From: an uncultured candidatus Porisulfidus sp.
GTDB taxonomy: Bacteria; Pseudomonadota; Gammaproteobacteria; Poriferisulfidales; Poriferisulfidaceae
Length of the DNA: 64,000 nt
Assembly (NCBI GenBank): GCA_965199755.1
Contig: CBDASZ010000001.1
Span: forward strand, 800,001-864,000
Direction: 5' to 3'
The notes beneath the pieces were generated by a model that worked only from the letters and a program-made list of their open reading frames with translations, was not told the DNA's origin and did no database searches. Below are positions 38,491 to 47,654 of the stretch, piece by piece (the stretch's first letter is position 1; each line of letters opens with the position of its first letter). The position numbers and the translations under genes are program-made.

Positions 38491-38700
38491 GCGGAGTTCA
38501 GCCCCAGCAGGTTCTGGGCTTGCCTAGGCAGACTGATGCACGGCACTAGCCCATAACTTATCATGCCATTATTTTATTGCCCGTCACCGCCTGAAAGCAT
38601 CCTTGTGAGTGCGCAGCGATGGTGCATTCAAAAGTGGCGGCATGAACGCATTGGCGTGGCGCAGAACCTGATGGGTTCACATTGGGCAGATGGCGTAGCT

Positions 38701-38709
38701 TGGTATAAT
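38701..38709 (+). promoter_or_regulatory. Extended -10 promoter element for acpP
   Basis: TGGTATAAT (TGn-TATAAT) about 100 nt upstream of acpP. Confidence 0.6.
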
Positions 38710-38807
38710 CATGCCGCCGAGATTAACAGGACTGGACGCACGTCTACATCGTGTCCGGTTTTCAGAATCGGTAAATTTTCACCACCACCCGAGGATGCGG
38801 GATCACA

Positions 38808-39050
38808 ATGGACAACATAGCAGATAAAGTTGTAGAAATCATCGTTGAAAACGGGAGAGACCTCAAGCCGGAAGACGTCACCATGGAGTCACGGTTCGTG
38901 GAAGATTTGGGTATGGACTCACTGGATATCGTCGAATTAAATATGGAGCTGGAAACAGAACTCGGCGTAACAATATCCGATGAAGTCTACGAAAACATGC
39001 AGACCGTTCAACACGTCGTTGATTTCATTACCGAGAATCAGGGCAGCTAG
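38808..39050 (+). CDS. acpP: Acyl carrier protein
   Basis: 80 aa, acidic, '[12 protein letters not shown]' phosphopantetheine site; directly upstream of fabF. Confidence 0.9.
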   Translation: MDNIADKVVEIIVENGRDLKPEDVTMESRFVEDLGMDSLDIVELNMELETELGVTISDEVYENMQTVQHVVDFITENQGS

Positions 39051-39120
39051 GAGCACGCACACACTTGCGCGCAAGCAAGCCACACATTACACCCAGCAAA
39101 TTGATTCAGGAAGCGGACCC

Positions 39121-40362
39121 ATGTCCCGACGCAGGGTGGTAGTCACAGGGCTTGGCGTGGTCTCGCCAGTCGGATCTAAACTCACACCCGCATGGGACAA
39201 TCTGGTTGCTGGCAAAAGTGGCATCCGCCCCATCGACCGATTTGACACCACCGACTTCACGGTGCGTATCTGCGGTGCGGTCACCGACTTCAACGCAGAT
39301 GACTACATAGACTCCAGAGAGCAAAGAAAGATGGATGTGTTCATCCAGTTCGGCATCGGTGCCGCGCTGGAAGCCATCCAGGACGCCAGTCTGGAAGTCA
39401 GCGAAGAAGAGGCCCCGCGTGTCGGTGTCTCGATCGGTTCCGGCATCGGCGGGCTGCCTTACATTGAAAACAGTTATCAGGTCTACATGGAGAAGGGACC
39501 ACGGCGCATCTCTCCGTTCTTCGTGCCTGCCAGCATCATCAACATGGTCGCGGGCGACCTGTCGATACAGTGCAACTTCAAGGGGCCCAACATTTCGATT
39601 GTCTCCGCTTGCGCCACCGGCACGCACAGCATTGGACTGGCAGCGCGCGCCATTTCATACGGCGATGCCGATGTGATGATCGCCGGCGGTGCGGAAATGG
39701 CCACCAGCATTTTGGGCGTCGGCGGTTTTGCCGCTGCACGCGCACTGTCAGCCTCGCACAATGACGACCCCGAAAGCGCCTCCCGGCCTTGGGATGCAGA
39801 ACGGGACGGTTTCGTACTGGGTGAGGGTGCTGGCGTCGTGGTGCTGGAGGAATATGACCGCGCGCGGGCGCGCGGGGCGCGCATCTACTGCGAACTCGCT
39901 GGCTTCGCCATGAACAGCGATGCCTTTCACATGACCAAGCCTGGCGAGGGCGGAGAAGGCGCGGCGCGCTGCATGCACATGGCGCTGAATGATGCTCAAC
40001 TGGATTCGGACACGATTCAGTACATCAATGCGCACGGCACCTCAACGCCTGCCGGCGACAAGGCCGAGACCGAGGCCATTAAAAGTGTGTTCGGCGATCG
40101 CGCGATGCAAGTGCCCGTCAGCTCTAACAAGTCGATGATTGGACATCTGCTCGGAGCCGCGGGCGGCGTGGAAGCCGTCTTCACCGTGTTGAGTCTGGAG
40201 CATCAGACACTGCCGCCGACCATCAACTACGAAAACCCGGATCCTGAGTGTGATCTGGATTACGTGCCGAACACTGCGCGCGATGCTTCTGTGGAAGTGG
40301 CCATGTCCAACTCATTCGGTTTCGGTGGCACCAACGGCACACTTATCTTCAAGCGCCTCTAA
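39121..40362 (+). CDS. fabF: Beta-ketoacyl-ACP synthase II
   Basis: 'RRVVVTGLG', 'SACATG', 'RDGFVLGEG', 'NAHGTST', '[10 protein letters not shown]'; ATG at 39121. Confidence 0.96.
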   Translation: MSRRRVVVTGLGVVSPVGSKLTPAWDNLVAGKSGIRPIDRFDTTDFTVRICGAVTDFNADDYIDSREQRKMDVFIQFGIGAALEAIQDASLEVSEEEAPRVGVSIGSGIGGLPYIENSYQVYMEKGPRRISPFFVPASIINMVAGDLSIQCNFKGPNISIVSACATGTHSIGLAARAISYGDADVMIAGGAEMATSILGVGGFAAARALSASHNDDPESASRPWDAERDGFVLGEGAGVVVLEEYDRARARGARIYCELAGFAMNSDAFHMTKPGEGGEGAARCMHMALNDAQLDSDTIQYINAHGTSTPAGDKAETEAIKSVFGDRAMQVPVSSNKSMIGHLLGAAGGVEAVFTVLSLEHQTLPPTINYENPDPECDLDYVPNTARDASVEVAMSNSFGFGGTNGTLIFKRL

Positions 40363-40385
40363 AAGCATCTCACGAGGAGGCGGCC

Positions 40386-41195
40386 ATGATTCTGATCGAT
40401 GGCACCGCGCAATCCGTCATCAGCGCCAAAAATCGTGGCCTGCACTACGGTGACGGCGTCTTCGAGACGCTGGCCGTCATCGACAATCGCATCCGCAATC
40501 AGACGCGCCACTGGGCGCGCTTGACCGAAGGCTGCGCGCGGCTGGGACTACAGGCCCCCGATATGACTGTGCTCGAGCAGGAAGTTCACCAGCTGTGCGC
40601 GAAACAGGCACGCGCGGTGGTCAAAATCATGATCGTGCGCGACGGCGGCGAGAAGCGCGGCTATCGCTGCGATGCGCAAGCGCCTATCCACCGCCTGATC
40701 TTCCGTGAAGACTGGCCTGAACATCTGCCGCACTGGCAGCAGGATGGTGTGCGAGTGCGCTGGTGCGCCACCCGTATGAGCCATAATCGCGCACTGGCTG
40801 GCATCAAACACTGCAATCGTCTGGAGCAAGTGCTGGCGCGACAGGAATGGGATGACGAATACGAAGAGGGCTTAATGCAGGATGAGGCAGGTCACGTCAT
40901 TGAGGGAACCATGAGCAACGTATTTCTGCTACAGGAGACACGCCTCAGCACGCCAAGTCTGGACGATTGTGGCGTGGACGGGGTCACGCGCCAGCGCATC
41001 ATCGCCGAGGCACCGGAACTGGGACTGGATGTTGATATCCGAAACATCACGCGAGAAGATTTCAACACGGCGGAGAGCGTGTTTTTGTGCAATGCCATCA
41101 TCGGCGTGTGGGGAGTGCGGCAGATAGAAGATCAGGAATATGCGCTGCCCGCAATCCTTCTGCAACTGCAACAGCGCATTGAAGCGGTGGATTGA
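40386..41195 (+). CDS. pabC: Aminodeoxychorismate lyase
   Basis: 'RGLHYGDGVFET', 'LAGIKH.NRLEQVL', 'EGTMSN', 'GV.R'; canonical position after fabF. Confidence 0.92.
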   Translation: MILIDGTAQSVISAKNRGLHYGDGVFETLAVIDNRIRNQTRHWARLTEGCARLGLQAPDMTVLEQEVHQLCAKQARAVVKIMIVRDGGEKRGYRCDAQAPIHRLIFREDWPEHLPHWQQDGVRVRWCATRMSHNRALAGIKHCNRLEQVLARQEWDDEYEEGLMQDEAGHVIEGTMSNVFLLQETRLSTPSLDDCGVDGVTRQRIIAEAPELGLDVDIRNITREDFNTAESVFLCNAIIGVWGVRQIEDQEYALPAILLQLQQRIEAVD

Positions 41196-41196
41196 G

Positions 41197-42189
41197 ATGA
41201 AGAAGAGGATGCGTCTGGGGGTGCTGGTGCTGTTCGTGGCCGTGACCGCGAGCACCACTTATCTGGCGCGGGCGTTAACAGAACCCATCATTGAGCCCGG
41301 CACGGTGCAGCAGATCCTGATTGAGAAAGGAGCCAGCTTCCAGGAGGTTTCCGACAAACTGGTAGTGCTCGGTGTCACCCACAGCCACACTTACAACTGG
41401 CTCGCCGCAAAACTGCTGCGCGCGGAAGGGCGAATCAAGGCCGGTGAATATCATCTGTCCGGCCCGCTGGGCATGCTGGATATTATGATGCTCCTGATCG
41501 AGGGTCGCAGCGTCTTTCATCGTACGACTTTGTTCGAAGGCTGGACGATTGAAGAGATGCTTGACGCCATGCGCAAAAACCCCACGCTGCAATCAAGTGA
41601 GGATCCGTTGCAGTTCTTTGGCTTCAATTCGCCCAGAGACGCAGAGGGACACTGTCTCCCGAATACCTACAAGCATTATCGGGGGGATACGGACGTGCAG
41701 ATTCTGGCACTGTGCATTCGGGCCATGCAGGAGCTACTCGATGAGTTGTGGGCGAATCGCAGTGAAGATCTTCCTTACAAGACCCCTCAGGAAGCGGTGA
41801 CACTGGCCTCCATCATTGAAGCCGAGACCAGTCAGGATGACGAACGCTCCATCATTGCCGGCGTGCTGTTATCGCGTCTGGAGCAGGGCATGCGCCTGCA
41901 AGTCGACCCGTCTGTGATTTATGGACTCGGTCCGGATTTTGACAATAACCTGACACGCAAGCATTTGCGCCAGTCGGCTGAAATCAATCCGTACAACACC
42001 TACCGCATCTACGGCTTGCCGCCAGGACCGATTGGCAACCCGGGACGAAAATCGCTTGAGGCAGCCTTCAACCCGGACTTTTCTACCGGCGCCCTGTATT
42101 ATGTGTCGAAGGGAGACGGGCGGCATCACTTCTCGAAAACCTACAAGGAACACCGCGCGTCGGTCCGAAAATACCAACTGGGGAAATAA
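41197..42189 (+). CDS. mltG: Endolytic transglycosylase
   Basis: N-terminal TM segment, 'LASIIE.E', 'GMRLQ.DP.V.YG', 'PYNTY...GLPPGPI.NPG'. Confidence 0.93.
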   Translation: MKKRMRLGVLVLFVAVTASTTYLARALTEPIIEPGTVQQILIEKGASFQEVSDKLVVLGVTHSHTYNWLAAKLLRAEGRIKAGEYHLSGPLGMLDIMMLLIEGRSVFHRTTLFEGWTIEEMLDAMRKNPTLQSSEDPLQFFGFNSPRDAEGHCLPNTYKHYRGDTDVQILALCIRAMQELLDELWANRSEDLPYKTPQEAVTLASIIEAETSQDDERSIIAGVLLSRLEQGMRLQVDPSVIYGLGPDFDNNLTRKHLRQSAEINPYNTYRIYGLPPGPIGNPGRKSLEAAFNPDFSTGALYYVSKGDGRHHFSKTYKEHRASVRKYQLGK

Positions 42190-42191
42190 GC

Positions 42192-42818
42192 ATGAGCGCA
42201 CTTGGCAAATTCATCACGCTTGAAGGCATTGAAGGTGCCGGCAAGTCCACGCATGTGTCAGCCTTGGCGGATATGCTTGAGTCGCACGGCATCTCTTGCA
42301 TCTGCACTCGCGAAACCGGCGGCACGGCAGTCGGTGAGAAAATCCTGCAGACCTTGCTCGATGAATCCCTCCGGCCCATGCACATTGATGCTGAATTGCT
42401 GCTGCACTTCGCCGCACGCGCCGAGCATGTCTCCGAATTAATCCGTCCCACTCTGGAGCAGGGCACCTGGGTCATCTCCGATCGGTTTGTAGACAGCAGT
42501 TTCGCGTATCAGGGTGCCGGCATGGAATTGGGGGAGGCGCGAATTGAAGCGCTCGTGCAATGGACTTTGGGAGACTTCACGCCGGATCGCGTGATCGTGC
42601 TGGACGTGGATGAGCAGACCGGCTTTGACCGTGTTCAGGATCGCGGTCATCTTGACTGGTATGAGAAACTCCCAGCCGCGTTCTTTTCACGAGCACGACA
42701 GTGCTATCTTGATCGCGCGGCCGCGCAGCCGCAGCACTATCGCGTCATTGATGCAACACGCAGCGTGGCTGTCGTTCGTCAAGACGTACAGGACGCGGTG
42801 CTGGAACTGCTCAAGTGA
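42192..42818 (+). CDS. tmk: Thymidylate kinase
   Basis: 'FITLEGIEGAGKST', 'DRF.DSS.AYQG'. Confidence 0.94.
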   Translation: MSALGKFITLEGIEGAGKSTHVSALADMLESHGISCICTRETGGTAVGEKILQTLLDESLRPMHIDAELLLHFAARAEHVSELIRPTLEQGTWVISDRFVDSSFAYQGAGMELGEARIEALVQWTLGDFTPDRVIVLDVDEQTGFDRVQDRGHLDWYEKLPAAFFSRARQCYLDRAAAQPQHYRVIDATRSVAVVRQDVQDAVLELLK

Positions 42819-43846
42819 GCTGGGCGCACATCCCGCCATGGGTTGAGCCACTGTGGCAGCAGTGGCAGAGCGCCTACCGCGAAGATCGTCTGCCGCACGC
42901 GATTGTGCTAACCGGGCCTGCTGGGAACGGCAAGCGGGAGATAGTCGAAGCATTTGTGCGTGGTGCTCAGTGCCGCAATCCTGATAAACAGGGTTTGCCG
43001 TGCGAGCACTGTCCCTCCTGCATACAGTTCCCATCCTGTCACCGGATTGAAGAAAGTGCGCACCCGGATATTGCTTGGCTCCGTGTAGCCCGCTATTCCA
43101 TTGGCATTGATGATATTCGGGAGCACATCATCGGGCGGCTTTTGAAAAAAGCGAACTACGACGGCAACAAAATGCTGGTGATTGAGGCGGCTGAGCGCAT
43201 GACTCCGGCAGCCATGAATGCGCTATTGAAGAATCTCGAAGAGCCGCCGCCGAAGACGCATTTCTTCCTCATCACGCCGCAAACGCATCGCTTGTTGCCG
43301 ACCATCCGCAGTCGCTGTCAGTGCTATGTGCTGCCTAAAGCGTCATCCGAGCAAGCGCTCGCGTGGTTGTGTGAGCAGTCTTTAAGAGAGGAAGAGGCCC
43401 GACAAGCTTTGGATGCGGCTGACGGCATGCCTGTGCAGGCGCTGCACATGAGAGAAAGCGGGCAGATGCAGTTTCGGCAAGACTTCGATCGCGATCTGCT
43501 TCAGGTGCTGAGCGGCAAGCAACTGGAGACTCATTTCGCGCAAAACTGGAATACCACCGCCGCAAAGAAACGCAGCAAGAAAGATACCGGCACCGACATG
43601 GCGGAAGAGATTCCTATGGACTTGCGTCTGAACTGGATGATCCAGTTCGGCATTCAGATTATTCAGCGGTTGATCGCGAAACAGATTCCGGCCCCAGAAC
43701 TCCAGCGCGCCATGAAGGCGTATCGGGAGCTTCTGATGGTACGCGAGTATGAAGCGGCCACGCCTGCGCCGCAGTTGAATCTTGAGGCCGCCTGCCTTGC
43801 CTTGATGAAAATCCCCGGGATTCGCGAAGAGGCGGCTAGTCAATAA
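42815..43846 (+). CDS. holB: DNA polymerase III subunit delta'
   Basis: 'LPHA', Zn motif 'PC..C.SC', 'HPD', 'NALLK.LEEPP', 'LLPTIRSRC'; follows tmk. Confidence 0.9.
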   Translation: MSWAHIPPWVEPLWQQWQSAYREDRLPHAIVLTGPAGNGKREIVEAFVRGAQCRNPDKQGLPCEHCPSCIQFPSCHRIEESAHPDIAWLRVARYSIGIDDIREHIIGRLLKKANYDGNKMLVIEAAERMTPAAMNALLKNLEEPPPKTHFFLITPQTHRLLPTIRSRCQCYVLPKASSEQALAWLCEQSLREEEARQALDAADGMPVQALHMRESGQMQFRQDFDRDLLQVLSGKQLETHFAQNWNTTAAKKRSKKDTGTDMAEEIPMDLRLNWMIQFGIQIIQRLIAKQIPAPELQRAMKAYRELLMVREYEAATPAPQLNLEAACLALMKIPGIREEAASQ

Positions 43847-44969
43847 TCTGCTGGAGCTCCTCCAGCGCACGCTGCAGCACGTCTGCGGGCGTGTAGAAAT
43901 GCGGCGAGAAGCGAATGCCTCCCCCGCGCAGCGCACACAAGACATTACGACGCGTTAATGCCTCAAAGACAGCAGTGCTGTCCTTCGCTGGTGGCGTAAA
44001 GGTCAGTATGCCGGCGCGTCGTGATGCCTCCGGCGGTGTGAGGATCGTGCATCCCAAAGTCTGCAACGCCTGATCCAGTTGCTGCACACGATCCGCGATC
44101 CGGTCTTCGATTTCAATCATACCTATCTTACGCAGCATACTCAGGCTGGCGTGCAGCGCATAGATGCCAGTCGTATTTGGGCTACCGCACTCAAAGCGTC
44201 GTGCCGAGGAAGCCTCAGTCCACTCGATATCGTCATACTGCCCAAGACGTTCCGTCATGTGCCAGCCGTACTGCGACAATTGAAGGCGCTCATAGAGTTC
44301 CGGGCGAACCCAGAACAGGGCGATGCCTTCCGGACCCAGCATCCATTTGTGGCCGTCGGCAGCCAGAAAGTCAATGTGGCATTCGCGCACAGAAAGCGCA
44401 TGCGCGCCAAGGCTCTGAATCGCATCCACACACAGCAGAGTAGGGGTGTCGCGCAAGGCCTCTCCCAAAACTTTCATGTCCAGTTTCAGACCGCGCGCGT
44501 ACTGCACAGAGCTCACTGAAAGTACACGGGTCTTTGCATCCACATGCTCCAAGAGCGCATGTTCCGGTGTCGATGTGTCGGTTACGCTGACCCAGCGAAT
44601 CGCAACATCAAATCGCGCGGCTGCCGCCTCCCATGGGATGCGATTGGAAGGGAATTCCTCGCGCACCAGCACCATGTTGTCTCCCGCCTGCCAATCTAGA
44701 CCGAAGGCGACCATCGACAGGGCCTCGGAGGTGTTTTTCAGCAGGGCGATCTCATCCTTCGACTCCGCATCAATCAACCATCGCGCAAGTTCGCGCAGTT
44801 CGTCCTCATGCTGTAGCCACATGGCGTAGTGCTGGGTGCCCCATCGCGCGTTCTCGCATGCAAAGCGTGTGATTGCCTGCACTGTGTCGCGCGGCCATGG
44901 TGCCACTCCCGCGTGGTTCAGGTGAATCAGCCGGGAATCAAGATCAAAATGGTCGCTGAAAAAGGACAT
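43836..44969 (-). CDS. Aminotransferase class V-fold PLP enzyme
   Basis: 'LNHAG', 'VDAIQ', 'DGHKW..GP.G', 'IRFSPH.Y'; the 'RxGxHC/SxGSAC' Cys motif of cysteine desulfurases is not apparent. Confidence 0.88.
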   Translation of the reverse strand: MSFFSDHFDLDSRLIHLNHAGVAPWPRDTVQAITRFACENARWGTQHYAMWLQHEDELRELARWLIDAESKDEIALLKNTSEALSMVAFGLDWQAGDNMVLVREEFPSNRIPWEAAAARFDVAIRWVSVTDTSTPEHALLEHVDAKTRVLSVSSVQYARGLKLDMKVLGEALRDTPTLLCVDAIQSLGAHALSVRECHIDFLAADGHKWMLGPEGIALFWVRPELYERLQLSQYGWHMTERLGQYDDIEWTEASSARRFECGSPNTTGIYALHASLSMLRKIGMIEIEDRIADRVQQLDQALQTLGCTILTPPEASRRAGILTFTPPAKDSTAVFEALTRRNVLCALRGGGIRFSPHFYTPADVLQRALEELQQIID

Positions 44970-44995
44970 GGGACTATACTACTCGCTTCAAACGA

Positions 44996-46042
44996 ATGAT
45001 GCTCATGTTCAACTATCGCGCATTGCCCCCGCAGGTCTTCATGGCGGTGCTCCTTGGCATCTCCGCACTCCCCGTGCGCGGAGAAATTCTGGAACTTCCC
45101 AAAGAGGGGAATTCCGTCGTCGGAGCCATGTACCAGATTACCACGGCATACGGTGAGACGACGCCCGTACTGGCGCAAGCGCACGAAGTAGGGTACCACG
45201 AGCTGCTCTGGGCCAACCCCAACGTCCACTCATGGATGCCCGGAGAGGGCGCGCAGTTGCGCATTCCACGCCAGTACATCCTGCCCGGCGATGCCCGGGA
45301 AGGGATTGTTTTGAACATCGCTGAATTGCGACTTTACTTTTACGATCAGCCTGAAGACGGCCCCGCCCAAGTGCGAAGTTATCCGGTCAGCATTGGTCGC
45401 ATCGACTGGGTCACGCCGCTAGGCCAGACAAAAATCGTGGATCGTCTGGAGAACCCGAACTGGTATCCGCCCGCTTCGGTGCGGCTGGAACATCAGCAGC
45501 GCGGCGATGAACTGCCGCGCATAGTCGGGCCCGGCCCGGATAACCCGCTCGGTCAGTATGCGCTGATGCTGGAGACACCGGGTTACTTCATTCATGGCAC
45601 GAACCGGGAAGAGGGAATAGGGATGCGGGTGACGCACGGGTGCATTCGCATGCGCAGTCAGGATATTTTGGAGTTGATTTATAAAGTCAATGTAGGCACA
45701 CCGGTGCAGATCCTGTCCATGCCGATTAAGGTCGGAATCTTGGACGGCGTGGTGTACTTGGAGGTGCATACAAAACCGCTGGAAGAATTTCCCGTAGCAG
45801 TCGCGGAACCGGTGATGAGCGAGGCCGACATCTCGGCACCACTAGCGGCATTGGAAGAGCAGTTGCCGGCAGGGGACTATGTGATTTATTGGGACCGTGT
45901 GATGGAAGTTGCGCGCCGCAAGCATGGAGTGCCAGAGGCCATTGGTTGGAGTCAGACTGTTTCTCCAGCCCCACCGGATCAACCGGAGTTGCTGTGGCGT
46001 GTAGAGGCACCGCCTGCACCTGAGCCGGAGCCTGAAGCTTAA
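44996..46042 (+). CDS. L,D-transpeptidase (ErfK/YcfS/YnhG family)
   Basis: Signal peptide, LysM-like 'ANP', 'YPVSIGR..W.TP', 'GPDNPLG', catalytic 'IHGT......RVTHGCIR'. Confidence 0.92.
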   Translation: MMLMFNYRALPPQVFMAVLLGISALPVRGEILELPKEGNSVVGAMYQITTAYGETTPVLAQAHEVGYHELLWANPNVHSWMPGEGAQLRIPRQYILPGDAREGIVLNIAELRLYFYDQPEDGPAQVRSYPVSIGRIDWVTPLGQTKIVDRLENPNWYPPASVRLEHQQRGDELPRIVGPGPDNPLGQYALMLETPGYFIHGTNREEGIGMRVTHGCIRMRSQDILELIYKVNVGTPVQILSMPIKVGILDGVVYLEVHTKPLEEFPVAVAEPVMSEADISAPLAALEEQLPAGDYVIYWDRVMEVARRKHGVPEAIGWSQTVSPAPPDQPELLWRVEAPPAPEPEPEA

Positions 46043-46071
46043 AAGAAAAGAGCCCGACCTGCGGGCTCTTT
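46041..46071. terminator. Intrinsic terminator between convergent ldt and lpp-like genes
   Basis: Perfect 10-bp stem aaagagcccg-acctg-cgggctcttt; the A-rich left flank gives a U-tract on the minus strand. Confidence 0.85.
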
Positions 46072-46099
46072 CCAGATGTACCGTTCGGTACGAGAAGAA

Positions 46100-46399
46100 T
46101 TACTTCTTCTGCATGTCGTGGAACATCGTGTTGAGGCGATGGGAATTCGCATCGCAGCAAGAAATTGCCATACGCGCCAGCTCGTCAGCCGTAGAAGCCG
46201 CTTGGCTGCCTTGATAGGCAATATGATCCGCTGCTTTCGCCATGCGCAGTGCTTCATCCGCCGTCGACTGTGCTGCAGCAACTTGCGAATCAAGCGCAGC
46301 GAGATGGTCCATGACTTCTTGCGGAACACCGCAACCGGTCAGAACAGCTGCACCTAGTACGGCGCTCAAGGCCAAGGCCTTTGCTTTGGTATTCTTCAT
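46100..46399 (-). CDS. Lpp/OprI-like alanine-zipper outer-membrane lipoprotein
   Basis: Lipobox 'VLTGC', Ala-rich repeats (AQSTADEA/ASTADELA), C-terminal 'RLNTMF...KK'; GGAG RBS. Confidence 0.85.
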   Translation of the reverse strand: MKNTKAKALALSAVLGAAVLTGCGVPQEVMDHLAALDSQVAAAQSTADEALRMAKAADHIAYQGSQAASTADELARMAISCCDANSHRLNTMFHDMQKK

Positions 46400-46494
46400 A
46401 TCAACTCCAGAAGTTGTTTTAGTTTAGTTTTAAGTGCACTTTTTACGGCGCACCCGCTAGCAACAATTACTAGAGTTGAGCACCGCAGGGCTGA

Positions 46495-46523
46495 ATTGTA
46501 ATAGTTTTCTCATCATAATTCAA
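46495..46523 (-). promoter_or_regulatory. Sigma70 promoter of the lpp-like gene
   Basis: Minus strand TTGAAT-N17-TACAAT, about 95 nt upstream of the start. Confidence 0.7.
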
Positions 46524-46724
46524 CTGCGTTGAACTGTCACTGCAAATTATTAAGGTGCCGATACGTCGCGATGGCGTATGTTGGAGACTTTCTGACAGCC
46601 GCAGTTCGCGTCATGTTGATTGAACGATGAGGGTGAAATCTTCTCCAAGACTCGTTGAAACCTAATCGAGATTCAGGGTAGCCCTACTGGGGCTGTATTT
46701 TGCTACTGGCTAAATATCCATAAT

Positions 46725-46752
46725 ACTTCGCATAATGAATATTATGTAAAGT
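46725..46752 (+). other. dif-like XerC/XerD recombination site
   Basis: ACTTCGCATAA-TGAATA-TTATGTAAAGT versus E. coli dif GGTGCGCATAA-TGTATA-TTATGTTAAAT; intergenic, 11-6-11 architecture. Confidence 0.85.
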
Positions 46753-46811
46753 TATTAAAACGCCGTACCGTACACTAATCTGTAACCACACCACGTGCCT
46801 AGCCTTCAACC

Positions 46812-47654
46812 ATGAGACTCGCCCTGCATTCAGACACGCATCACAACTTCGGCCACACCAGTGGCTGGCCGTACTCGCTGCCTGAACATGACGTCCTCAT
46901 TTTGGCTGGCGACATCTCCGAGTTCCACGGCAACACCAGTGACCTCAATTGCGTGCTGGAGCATTTCCGCAGCCGTACGCAAGCGCCGATCCTGTACTTA
47001 CCCGGCAACCATGAGTTCTACCACCAGGAATACCATCAGGTCATCGAACGTCTCGATGAACTTTGTGCGGAACTTGATATTGATTTCCTACACCGCCGCG
47101 GCATCCGCTACGGCGATGTCGCATTCCACGGTTGCACGTTATGGTCGGATTTCCGACTGCACGCGCCATACGCGGACCCAGATCTGGATCTCGACAGAAA
47201 CCGCGAACTGTGGGAAGGCGCGATGAGCAACTCCGGCATTCGACTTAACGATTTCTACCACATTCGCCACGGAGACGGGACACTGACACCTGAGCGCTGC
47301 GCCGCACTGCATGGCGAAGAACGCGCGTGGTTGACACAGGCTCTGTCTGAGTCAGAAGCATCGCACAACGTCGTGATCACTCATTTTGCGCCGTGTTTTC
47401 GCTGCGTTGAAAACACACCCGACAAGCAAGGCCTAATGCGCGCGTACTATGTCGCGGACTGCGATGATCTGGTCGAACAATACCAGCCTGACTTATGGCT
47501 GTACGGTCACGTGCACTACGCCGCTGACTTCACCCATCACGGCACGCGCTTTGTCAATAACGCCCACGGTTATCCCGGATCCGGCCAAGTAACAGGCTTT
47601 GCGCCTGAAATGACTTTGGAGATTGGCTCGGAACTAACGGTACCGATTGCGTAG
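46812..47654 (+). CDS. Calcineurin-like metallophosphoesterase
   Basis: 'SDTH', 'LAGD', 'PGNHE', 'TLWSDF', 'THF.P', 'GHVH'. Confidence 0.88.
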   Translation: MRLALHSDTHHNFGHTSGWPYSLPEHDVLILAGDISEFHGNTSDLNCVLEHFRSRTQAPILYLPGNHEFYHQEYHQVIERLDELCAELDIDFLHRRGIRYGDVAFHGCTLWSDFRLHAPYADPDLDLDRNRELWEGAMSNSGIRLNDFYHIRHGDGTLTPERCAALHGEERAWLTQALSESEASHNVVITHFAPCFRCVENTPDKQGLMRAYYVADCDDLVEQYQPDLWLYGHVHYAADFTHHGTRFVNNAHGYPGSGQVTGFAPEMTLEIGSELTVPIA

